Made by a program: the position numbers and the translations under genes
Shown here: one piece after another, positions 35,880 through 45,215 of the stretch
Layout of the letters: each line of letters opens with the position of its first letter
Numbering within the stretch: the stretch's first letter is position 1
IMG/VR virus record: IMGVR_UViG_3300048881_000698
Coordinates: 96,001 to 160,000 of that record
Source of the DNA: a virus
Lineage: Duplodnaviria; Caudoviricetes
Strand: one strand, 5' to 3'
Length of the DNA stretch: 64,000 nucleotides
Notes under the pieces: model-generated
Told to the model about the DNA's origin: nothing
Databases searched by the model: none
Seen by the model: the letters and a program-made list of their open reading frames with translations, nothing else

Positions 35880-38800
35880 TTAATATTTTTCATCTAAAGC
35901 GCTATTTTCATCTCCAGAAAGATTGTTTAGAGCATTTTCTGCTATAGCCAATGACGTATTTGAAGAAGCTTGAAACATTTTTTCAAATTTTTCTGGATCT
36001 GAAAATATTGATTTAAAAATCAGCATATTATAAATAGTCCCAATGGCCAACATTCTTTTTGTTGGAAATATGTATTCAAACAATAGTTTAAATTCTGGCT
36101 TTTGTCTCAATTTCATATATAGATCCTTATAGGTTGCATGCCCAAATATTGGGTCATTAGTATCGTTTTCAGCTGGATAAGCATGGCGCAAATCTAAAAA
36201 CGATACTAGTAGGGGATGAAGATTCGATATTTGGTGCATGCTCATCTCCTCCTCTATAAGAGGAAGAACAAAAATTTCCTTCTGGACTCTCAAAGTCGTA
36301 TAGCGCTGAAAAAGTCCCTGGTGTCCCGGAACATCGTAATCATATCTGTGGCTAAAGATATAGTCATCAACTGTCATTAGTCCCTCGGCGTCCTTAGGAT
36401 CTTTCGCATTAATAGCTTCCGCTAGCGAAATTGCTTCTTGCTCTCCATTGAACAGGCCAGCGCCACCTTTAGTTTTATCACCGTGATACAGTTTATTTTG
36501 TGGCAAGCTCCATACTGGATCTAGAATAAGATTCTCATTTGTATCGCCCGGGATCACATTGGTTCCTTCAAATTCTGTTAAGTGGAGAGCGCACATAGCG
36601 GCTTTAGCGTTAGAGAGATGTTTCTGATTGGCGTTGCGAACCGCTTTGTTTGCGTGGGCGCCGTACTCCTTCCACTGCCCGGAAGATAATTGTTCTTCGC
36701 CGAATGTTGTCGGTGAAAACATATTTCTTAAAATATGACGATAAGAGTGCCATTTATCCTCATTAATCGGTAGCACATATGATACTCTTAATCCAAATTT
36801 AATATCCTTGACGAAATGTTTAAAGGTGAGAGCGGTTAGTACTCGTCTTACCTCTGCTACGGTGATCTGGGAATCGCTGGTTTGAGTCGGCATTGCTCTA
36901 AGAAGATATTTTTGCAGCCTTGCAAAGGCATCGAAAGAAAGAATATTATACTCGCTAGCCGGTAAAACCAAGCCCGGGGCGAGTTCGGTGATGCGGAGAC
37001 CCTTAGAATATGGCTTTTTTCCTAGTGGTACATTGAATTTTTTTAACGAAAATCGATCAGCATATACCTTATACTTAGCCCACTCCGATGCGAGAGATGT
37101 TGTGGTTGGCTGTAGGGGTACTCCTTCGCCAACCTTGAATTCAAAATCTGGGGTGTCGCTAGCTAGTGATATTGAGATCCAGTCTATCCATTGGTCGAAA
37201 GTGTTTGCAAAGCCCTGGATTTCGTCACCATAAAGAGCACGTGTAATATTCTCTATCCCCAGCTTCAAGCTCGGGTTAGCAGCGTTTTGAGAAATGTAAA
37301 GAAGCTCGGCGCGTGTTTTAAATTTAATTTTGACATATTTTTCTAGTACAAACCCTCCGGAGCCGCGGAGTTTTTTATTTTGATCATCCCTTGAAAATCG
37401 CGGTTGGCATAACACTGTTTCTCTAACGCTAGTGTTCTTTACCTTTGGGTTTGATCCGTTGATGGTGTCTCTTCTTATCCCAACTACATCTGCCACGTCA
37501 AGGATATCCCATCGCTCCTCATCGGCTCCATAAACTCCCAAAGGAAACGCTTGCGCCGGTGGGCCAATTATTTCTCCAATGCGAGGACCCGGAACAAATG
37601 GAACTTCCATTGCCCATGCTTTTGGATGGTTATTCTGTTCGAGTTTATTCTTGACTGTGCCGACGGCATTGAATACGTTTCTCCATTGAGGCGACAAATT
37701 TTCGGGATTGGTCTGAAGAGCAAAGTGTTTTGGGTTGTCAATCTGTTCCACAGGATCGCCGACCGGTGGCTCTTTCCCATCGATTCTGTCCTTCGCGCCG
37801 TCGTTGTGTTGGCCGTCGATCCATGGATCATTATTCCAATGGTCAAGGGAGCCGACATGTGACAGGTGACCTCGAAAGAAAGGTGTGAAAGTGTGAAAAT
37901 ATAATGGACCAAAGGACGCGCCTTGACCAGGATTTTGCACAGCCAAAACATACAAATCATCAACAACAATTTTTCCATTCATTTCATCGACATGTCCGTG
38001 GCCAAAGCGACACTTTCGGCTATTTTTCCCGGGGTACGTTTCCGGGTGCCAGGAGGGATTTTCGGTATGGCCCATCTGTATAGGTGAGCTATTGGAGGTT
38101 TCTTCGCGGGTGGCGAGGGCGCCCCACGCGCCATAACTTTGAATCGGCATTGTGACTTGAAGCTTGTCGACATAAGGGCCGTCAGCAATAGCATCTGGGT
38201 GGGTTTCGGGGTGGGCCACACCAGGATATCTATCGTATATGTGTAAATATCCATGAGCTTTATGGTAATCCGCATCTGGTGAGGCGGAATAGCTTAAGTT
38301 TTCGTGACTGCCTTCATGAGGGGGGCCTAAATGAAATTCATATGTTTCATGAAAATTTAAACCATACAAAAACACTCTAGCGTTATGGTGTAATTTTTCA
38401 CCGTTTATCACAAACGTGAAATACGTAGCCGTGTGGACATCTACCTCGCTGTGTCCGCGGGTCGGAACCCTTAATCTGATAATAGGGTGTGATGCGCCTT
38501 TATTACCCAGTGGGTGGCTACTCCATGTTCCACTGTCCGGGTAAGGAGCGCTCGCGTCTGAGGCTTCGCGACCGCCTGGGGGGATCCAATCGGTGAAGCC
38601 GGCGAAGGCGCCCTCGTAGCCATATGTGCTGGAGGTACCGGAGAGCCCCTCGTAGACCCAATTTGTTCCAGGGGGAAGCGTAACTTCAGACGGCACCTCA
38701 ATCAACATTCCATCGATGCCATATCGATTATCTTTAATGACCGGTTCATAGAAACCTTTATTGGTGACGATCACTGATTCAGTCCCTTGATTGAGATGCT

Positions 38801-41800
38801 CCATTCTCGACTGCTGTTTTACAATAAAGTGTTGTTGCATAAGTGTAGAATTATTCCTTCCCCATGGATTCCATTTGGAAGAAGCATTTTGCCAAGTGGA
38901 ATCACTGCCCGGGGCGACATATGTATTGTCTTTCCATCGAAGATCTGCGTTTTTCGTAGTAATAGAATTAACAACCGCTGTTTCTACAGCCTTTAATTCC
39001 AATTCATGATTGTGAAAATCATCTGTATCAACTCCGTTCTCTAATACTATCCATTTTTCTATCGGATGTTTGTGGCCATCACCGCCCTCTTCAGGTTCCG
39101 CTATCCCATTTCCTTGTGTGTCGATCACATATTTGTGAGAATGGCTGTCGTTTGTGGTGGTGTTTCCTGCAGACTTAATCATACTCACATCTTGCGCGGA
39201 AGTTCCGGCGGCGGCGGCACGAAGAGCCATATCGATTTGTTCATCAATATCGCTTTGTCTAAGGCCAGTCGCAGCCAAAGAAACGCCAATTGGTTCCTGA
39301 AGGGCGGCCGCGGCTGCAAAAGCAAGCTTGGTAAAATATTCTTCGGGGGTTGAAGCTTGTATCGTTGAAATGCCGGCCTTACTTGTATAAAGTTGTTCTT
39401 TTACTGCGTCGTCAATTTCTGAATCTGTAAGTACTTTCAATGGAGGAGAAGAAGACGGACCTTGACTTTTTAATTTGTTTCTTAACCTTTCCTCTTCTTC
39501 TCGAGCTTTTTCAATATACAACTCATAAAAAGTGCCGCTTTTACCAACAATTTGAAGATTTTTTATCCCACTCACAAGAACGTCTTTCATAATGGGTCCG
39601 CCAAATATATCATCAATTTTAAATTTAGTAAACGCAGGGAGGCCTTTAAGAAATTGTTTTATTAATTCGACCTTCATAATACATCTAGTAGCCCCTTCAA
39701 AGATTGCTTTGCCTACATAAGTCGGTTCGGAGCCACTAGTAAAATCAGCAAGCCCCATTAAACTCGAAATTCTCTCTTTTATATCTTTTTTAAGCCCGCC
39801 AAGATCTCCTAGGCCATGTTTATTGAAATCTAAATTTTTAAATTGTCTTAAATCCGCCAGATTAAGGAACGGCGATGTTTCTATGACGCGAAGAATTCTA
39901 ATTAAAATAGATTCAAAGGCAAGATTATAAATTTGTTGGTACAAAACAGTGTCATAATTTTCCGCAATATTCATTTTTAGATTGTCAATACCATGCCAGC
40001 CGCCGACTGCAGTGGCCGGATCTGTTTTTATTATACTTTTATATACTTTCTCAATTTTCTTTTCTAAGTATATTCCCCACGCATTAACTTGTTTTGGTCT
40101 CGGAGAAGTGTCTGGGAGAGATAATTCTGATAATAGTTTTTTTATTTTTTCATCTATATCATAACCAACATGATATAGATCAACCAGCTTTAAGATCCCT
40201 GTATCTCCTTTATAATTCTTCACGCTAAAGTTGAGCCGATCATCTTTATCTTCGGCGCCGGATGTACGAGAATCAAGTAGCCTATATATCATCTCTATCG
40301 TTGAACTTTCTTCAACAGCGATCACACCGGGATCGTAAATCCATCCGGGCTGAGGTGGTACGGCAAGGTGGGCGGCGCCGGGTGTCCACGCAAGTTTGTG
40401 CACTGGAAGCACGAGCTGGTGGGGCCATTTGCTGGATGGACCTTGAAATCCTGGCACCCCTTTAGAGTTCCATATCATATCATTAACAAGCTTGGTTACT
40501 AGTTTAGAGAAAGGTTTTATTGGGTTCCCTGCTTCATCCGTAAAAGAATAATTTCCGCCCGGGCCAGTTTGCAGAAAAGCAACCGTCCTAATAAATTCTG
40601 GAATAAAATTAGACACTTCGCGGGATAACATTGTTTGAACGGAGTCAATTGACGTATCCACGGCTAAGTTATTAGATTTTCTAAGAGCTTTTGATTCAGA
40701 TATTATAGAATTCATAGCCAGCTCAGATTCTACTTCAGAATCCAGAGGGCTGGGGAGCATTGCGTTCACAGAAGTACTAATCATATCCTTTTTTATTTGT
40801 CTATCAAGTTCTAATTGTGCTTCCACCTCTGCTTCTGTCAACCCTTTAGCCAACAAGGATCTTCTTAAAGCTTCTTGTCTAGGAGTTATTCCATCTTTAC
40901 ATAAGTCATCTAACTTTAAATCTGATATGAGCGGAGACACCTCACAAGCACTCAAATCTAACATATTTTTTAAATTTCCAAAAAAAGCTAAAACTTTATA
41001 ATCAGTATAAAATATTTTATGAAATTCAGAATAATTTATTTTCATAAACTTGCGAACATGAAGTAGTAACATCGGAGCAGCGGTGCCGTTTATAAGTTCG
41101 CACAGCTCTCTAAGAGTCAACGTAGATAACAAGTGTGTTAAAAAGTCCCTTGGGTCTGTAACTAACGCAGGTTGATATCTGTTAAACAAATCTTTTAGTT
41201 CTTGTTCTTTTCCAGGTAAAGTTGGCGGGGGAGGGGCTCCAAACTCTGGTTCTTCTTCTGCATTACAATCAGCCAACATCTCCAAAAGTTTTTTAACTGG
41301 CCAACGAATCATCAAATCGAGAAGAGAATAAAGTCTTAATTCTAATTGTTTTACAAGAGGTTGTAAAATATTCCCAAAAATACTGAGCCAAGGGATATCG
41401 AACGTCGGCGGTACTTTACACTGTGGGATTGCCGGAACGGATTTTGAGTGACTGACCTCTCCGGAATCCAAATTAGCAAGAAAATCTCCCAATGCGAATA
41501 GGGCGCCCAATATTAACTCACAAATCAATCTTTTGCCGTCGGCATTGTTGATGTTCGCTTGTATAACCGCTCTATAAAAAGGATCGTTTGCTCCTTGTGC
41601 AATATATTCGGAAAGAAACTTTTGGATGTCGGCCCCCATCCTAGCGGTGTCTACAAATTCAATTCCTTCACGTTCAAAATTAAATGTCCCGTTACGCAGT
41701 TTTTTAAAAAATTCTTCAATCTTCTCTGGCGAGCCCTCTGGAGTCATCTTCTTCAAAAACCCATCACACAACGCATCAATAACATCATTTAAGGTCAAAG

Positions 41801-44207
41801 AAAAACCCAAACATTTCATTATCTCTTCTGCAAGTTGTGGCAGAGACAGTCTCGCGAGGACATATTTCATTACATCATCTTTACTATTGATTCTATCTAC
41901 GCTTCGAGGAAGTGAAGCGAATACCGCATCGCCGGCCATATCTGAATATTTTTGATTTGGTCTAGAAACAGCTGTTTTCATCGCTTTACTTCTGGTCACA
42001 TCGTTCCACCCGCTAGTTTCATCCCAGGTCAGGTTGGACTCGCCGCCCATGGGGGATTGACCAACGGAATGAAAACGATAAAAATTTAGTGCATCAGTTT
42101 CATTATCAATTGACATTCTCCTTAACGAAGGGGGATCATAAATATATTTTTTAACAAATAGAGATATTGGTTTTGAGTCCTTGGGGGCCTTCTTGTTGGG
42201 GCTACAAAATCTACTCAAAGCGCCTTTTACACCTGGTTCATTAACAACAATGTCCAAATTAGTTAGAAAATGTAATGTTCTTTTAGCCATGGCCGGATTT
42301 GATTTTACTAAATCTATAAAACCGTTCCACAAAAAAGGAGATTCTTTCTCTGATACCTTTTTTAGATGCTCAAGCGCTTCGGCGGAGCGCGTCTGAAGTT
42401 CAGCTTTGGTGGGGGCCGTCAAGAAATCTTCATCTTCCGTGCTTTTGTATTCTGGTGCGTTTTTCCAATTAGAAAGAGCAGTTTTATATTGTTTTAAAGC
42501 AGTCTGGTATTCTTTGTTTACTCGTTTAAAATATGCAACTCTTCCAAGGCCAGATTCTTTATCCCACTGGGCCGTGGTATGATATTCTTCCCATGGGTCG
42601 GCGAAATCTCCGTTGGGGTTCATGGTGAGCACGGGCCCGGGTGGGGAGGGCGTCGAAGGTGCAAGTTCTTCAAGAACGCTAGGTTTAACGGCTGCGTACC
42701 AAGAACTGTCGGGGCGGCCAAGTGCTAACCACCCTTTATCGCTAACTATTTTGGAAATCCACGAAGGCGGGATGCGCAAAATATCATTTACTTGAAGTTC
42801 AGGGTTTTTAGCTTTTGCAATGTCTTGATTCAATGCCTTATATTCTGCGTCTTCTTCAATCTCGGTTATGGTTTTACCTTGTTTTTCCAGACGCTGTTTT
42901 ATTTCGCGAAGTAAACTTTCTAGACTAGTGATAGTAGAAGAACCCAACCACCCTCTCTCTTCTCTCCATTTCTTTGGATCTAAAAATGAATTGTACTCAA
43001 CTAATTCTTGATATCTGATTTGAGCACCAGTATAAAATAAGGCGATTGACATCACAGTCTCGTGACCGTAGAGCACCAGATACTTGGAAGTGAAAGCAGC
43101 CGGAGCGGCGGCGCCGTCAATATGAGATGTTACTTCTTCGATTGTTGAAAGGAGTGCATCATATGTCTCTGAATATATGCCACCTGCAGTCTCTGCTTTT
43201 TTTGCTGTTAACGCGTCTTCATCTTCGTCCTCTGACTTTGCAGGGTTCAATTCGGGCTTGACGGGATAAAATCCAATAATAATTTTTTCTTTTTCGAGGT
43301 TAATATTGTTTAACAGTAAAAATTCTTTTATCTTTATACTAAGATCGTTTAAGCGCTCTGATTCATCTTTTAAGTTTAATGTTCCATATTCATCAGCCCT
43401 GGCCAGGGCTGGATTTGGCCAATTAGGGCGAAAAATATTCGGTCCATGAAATATTTGCGGACCATTAACAGAATCTTTAGTTTTATCTCCACTGTTTTTT
43501 GATTTTGCTGTCTTGGTTTGTAATTCAACATGCGAGCCTTCATATTCTTCTAACACTAGTGTAAGCTCGGCTAATTGTGTTCCTAGATCATCATAACTTG
43601 CAAATTCTACTTCTTTATATGTGATTGTCGTGTTGCCAGTACTCTCTAGTTTTGACTCCCGGACTGGGTGGAGTTTGGGGACAAGCTTCTCAAAAATTTC
43701 CTTTCTCATTGAAAACTTATAAAGAACAAAGCGTACGTTAGGGCGCGGAGGAAAGAACGGGCCTTCAACATCATAAGCTCTCTCTCCGATTTTGAACTGG
43801 GCTTCAGTGATAGAGGACCCAGGCGATACGAAATCATTGCCGGCGCCGGCGAGGACTGCTCGGGCATAGCTACCGAAGGTCTGAACTTCTAATGCGTCTC
43901 CAGGAGCTTCCGGAGTTGTTGCCCAAGAATCGGTAGAGGGAAACTTCTGCTGGTGTTCATATTCCGCGGGCTCCGCGTCGCCTTTCCGGATTTGTACTTG
44001 TTTGCCATGTTTTTCTAATATGCGACGATAACCCTGTTTAGCAATACTCATAGTATCTTTATATATAAGTTCAGAGCTTCTCAAATAATCGCTCAACTCA
44101 GCTGGAGTCTTCGATAAGTCATATTCGTGTTCTATCACCACTGAATATCTTCCATTTGAATCAACAAATGGTTCATTAGGTACTTTATTTGTCCAGCCAG
44201 CTGCCAT
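35880..44207 (-). CDS. Very large (2775 aa) putative virion protein with an interrupted LysM-like domain and an HxH-repeat motif
   Basis: LVLYGHETVMSIA...YQELVEYN...NPELQVNDILRIP and HSH...HKH...HNH; lies between the spike and gp25 genes. Confidence 0.6.
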   Translation of the reverse strand: MAAGWTNKVPNEPFVDSNGRYSVVIEHEYDLSKTPAELSDYLRSSELIYKDTMSIAKQGYRRILEKHGKQVQIRKGDAEPAEYEHQQKFPSTDSWATTPEAPGDALEVQTFGSYARAVLAGAGNDFVSPGSSITEAQFKIGERAYDVEGPFFPPRPNVRFVLYKFSMRKEIFEKLVPKLHPVRESKLESTGNTTITYKEVEFASYDDLGTQLAELTLVLEEYEGSHVELQTKTAKSKNSGDKTKDSVNGPQIFHGPNIFRPNWPNPALARADEYGTLNLKDESERLNDLSIKIKEFLLLNNINLEKEKIIIGFYPVKPELNPAKSEDEDEDALTAKKAETAGGIYSETYDALLSTIEEVTSHIDGAAAPAAFTSKYLVLYGHETVMSIALFYTGAQIRYQELVEYNSFLDPKKWREERGWLGSSTITSLESLLREIKQRLEKQGKTITEIEEDAEYKALNQDIAKAKNPELQVNDILRIPPSWISKIVSDKGWLALGRPDSSWYAAVKPSVLEELAPSTPSPPGPVLTMNPNGDFADPWEEYHTTAQWDKESGLGRVAYFKRVNKEYQTALKQYKTALSNWKNAPEYKSTEDEDFLTAPTKAELQTRSAEALEHLKKVSEKESPFLWNGFIDLVKSNPAMAKRTLHFLTNLDIVVNEPGVKGALSRFCSPNKKAPKDSKPISLFVKKYIYDPPSLRRMSIDNETDALNFYRFHSVGQSPMGGESNLTWDETSGWNDVTRSKAMKTAVSRPNQKYSDMAGDAVFASLPRSVDRINSKDDVMKYVLARLSLPQLAEEIMKCLGFSLTLNDVIDALCDGFLKKMTPEGSPEKIEEFFKKLRNGTFNFEREGIEFVDTARMGADIQKFLSEYIAQGANDPFYRAVIQANINNADGKRLICELILGALFALGDFLANLDSGEVSHSKSVPAIPQCKVPPTFDIPWLSIFGNILQPLVKQLELRLYSLLDLMIRWPVKKLLEMLADCNAEEEPEFGAPPPPTLPGKEQELKDLFNRYQPALVTDPRDFLTHLLSTLTLRELCELINGTAAPMLLLHVRKFMKINYSEFHKIFYTDYKVLAFFGNLKNMLDLSACEVSPLISDLKLDDLCKDGITPRQEALRRSLLAKGLTEAEVEAQLELDRQIKKDMISTSVNAMLPSPLDSEVESELAMNSIISESKALRKSNNLAVDTSIDSVQTMLSREVSNFIPEFIRTVAFLQTGPGGNYSFTDEAGNPIKPFSKLVTKLVNDMIWNSKGVPGFQGPSSKWPHQLVLPVHKLAWTPGAAHLAVPPQPGWIYDPGVIAVEESSTIEMIYRLLDSRTSGAEDKDDRLNFSVKNYKGDTGILKLVDLYHVGYDIDEKIKKLLSELSLPDTSPRPKQVNAWGIYLEKKIEKVYKSIIKTDPATAVGGWHGIDNLKMNIAENYDTVLYQQIYNLAFESILIRILRVIETSPFLNLADLRQFKNLDFNKHGLGDLGGLKKDIKERISSLMGLADFTSGSEPTYVGKAIFEGATRCIMKVELIKQFLKGLPAFTKFKIDDIFGGPIMKDVLVSGIKNLQIVGKSGTFYELYIEKAREEEERLRNKLKSQGPSSSPPLKVLTDSEIDDAVKEQLYTSKAGISTIQASTPEEYFTKLAFAAAAALQEPIGVSLAATGLRQSDIDEQIDMALRAAAAGTSAQDVSMIKSAGNTTTNDSHSHKYVIDTQGNGIAEPEEGGDGHKHPIEKWIVLENGVDTDDFHNHELELKAVETAVVNSITTKNADLRWKDNTYVAPGSDSTWQNASSKWNPWGRNNSTLMQQHFIVKQQSRMEHLNQGTESVIVTNKGFYEPVIKDNRYGIDGMLIEVPSEVTLPPGTNWVYEGLSGTSSTYGYEGAFAGFTDWIPPGGREASDASAPYPDSGTWSSHPLGNKGASHPIIRLRVPTRGHSEVDVHTATYFTFVINGEKLHHNARVFLYGLNFHETYEFHLGPPHEGSHENLSYSASPDADYHKAHGYLHIYDRYPGVAHPETHPDAIADGPYVDKLQVTMPIQSYGAWGALATREETSNSSPIQMGHTENPSWHPETYPGKNSRKCRFGHGHVDEMNGKIVVDDLYVLAVQNPGQGASFGPLYFHTFTPFFRGHLSHVGSLDHWNNDPWIDGQHNDGAKDRIDGKEPPVGDPVEQIDNPKHFALQTNPENLSPQWRNVFNAVGTVKNKLEQNNHPKAWAMEVPFVPGPRIGEIIGPPAQAFPLGVYGADEERWDILDVADVVGIRRDTINGSNPKVKNTSVRETVLCQPRFSRDDQNKKLRGSGGFVLEKYVKIKFKTRAELLYISQNAANPSLKLGIENITRALYGDEIQGFANTFDQWIDWISISLASDTPDFEFKVGEGVPLQPTTTSLASEWAKYKVYADRFSLKKFNVPLGKKPYSKGLRITELAPGLVLPASEYNILSFDAFARLQKYLLRAMPTQTSDSQITVAEVRRVLTALTFKHFVKDIKFGLRVSYVLPINEDKWHSYRHILRNMFSPTTFGEEQLSSGQWKEYGAHANKAVRNANQKHLSNAKAAMCALHLTEFEGTNVIPGDTNENLILDPVWSLPQNKLYHGDKTKGGAGLFNGEQEAISLAEAINAKDPKDAEGLMTVDDYIFSHRYDYDVPGHQGLFQRYTTLRVQKEIFVLPLIEEEMSMHQISNLHPLLVSFLDLRHAYPAENDTNDPIFGHATYKDLYMKLRQKPEFKLLFEYIFPTKRMLAIGTIYNMLIFKSIFSDPEKFEKMFQASSNTSLAIAENALNNLSGDENSALDEKY

Positions 44208-44219
44208 TTAATTTATCCT

Positions 44220-45164
44220 TTAGTTTGTAAAATTATTTTCACTATTAATGTAAAACTTGCCTAATGGGTCCAAATAGTTAAATTTGGATATAGGCTGGTT
44301 TACTTCTGAAAAAGCCAAATTTGGTTGAGTTCGTGCTGCTATATTAGTAACTATCGCAACTGAACTTACAGCTAATACCGGATCCGGTATTGAATAACCT
44401 GGGCTAACAGGCGTCGGGGGTACATCTACATGTTGATGAGCAGCAACGCTCGAAGCCAAAGCTGCTACAGAATTAGCAAGGCCGCATACTAGTCCGGTTA
44501 AATCTGCAATTTTATCATATATATCCCCCATGCATTGTACTAAATTGTCACCTTTGACTAAAGGTTGCATGTCTCTGCTATCATTGCCCGCTATCAAATC
44601 AATCCCTATTCTACTTTTTATTTCGCCGCCCTGAGAATTGATATTATCTATTCCTGTAATCAACTTAATTCCTCCATCTCTGGCCAGCATACGAAGCCCA
44701 TCTGCTTTTATGGCTATTGCAGAAGCTGGTTTTTCAAAATAATCAGGACTCCCAATAAAACCGGTCGAACAACCAAAATTTGCGTCAACATCAGTTTTTT
44801 GACTTATGTAAATTCTAGCTGCGTCGACTTTAAGATCTGGATTAACATAGGCATTTGAATTTGGCTTGGCTCCCATTCTGCCAACAACAATATCTATCGA
44901 AGCAGCTTGAGTGTCGCCTCTGCCACCATAGCCACTCATAGTATTGCCCGGGCGATCTCTTCCTAGTATTATAGAAGCATTGTTATCATTGCATATTTCT
45001 TTCTCAGATTCTGTTTTGATGAAATGTGGCACCGGTTCGAGAAGTTTGGCGCCAAAAGTGCCTTGATTTGTTGTAAGTCTATTTTCTTCTGAAGTATTTA
45101 CAAGCGACTTTCTCTCGTCCGGGCTTAAGCCTGATACGTCTCGCGCCATTTTTTTTTCTGCCAT
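44220..45164 (-). CDS. Putative baseplate central spike protein (gpV/gp138-like C-terminal region)
   Basis: Beta-strand-rich middle, then QPLVKGDNL, a helix, and the HQH metal-binding tip motif. Confidence 0.6.
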   Translation of the reverse strand: MAEKKMARDVSGLSPDERKSLVNTSEENRLTTNQGTFGAKLLEPVPHFIKTESEKEICNDNNASIILGRDRPGNTMSGYGGRGDTQAASIDIVVGRMGAKPNSNAYVNPDLKVDAARIYISQKTDVDANFGCSTGFIGSPDYFEKPASAIAIKADGLRMLARDGGIKLITGIDNINSQGGEIKSRIGIDLIAGNDSRDMQPLVKGDNLVQCMGDIYDKIADLTGLVCGLANSVAALASSVAAHQHVDVPPTPVSPGYSIPDPVLAVSSVAIVTNIAARTQPNLAFSEVNQPISKFNYLDPLGKFYINSENNFTN

Positions 45165-45185
45165 AACAATTTCCTCTATAGATAT

Positions 45186-45199
45186 TATAAATATTTATA
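45186..45199 (-). promoter_or_regulatory. Palindromic TATAAATATTTATA; candidate late promoter (contains T4-like TATAAATA and ATATTTA)
   Basis: Intergenic, about 22 bp upstream of the spike gene start. Confidence 0.45.
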
Positions 45200-45215
45200 T
45201 TCTTAAATTTTATGT

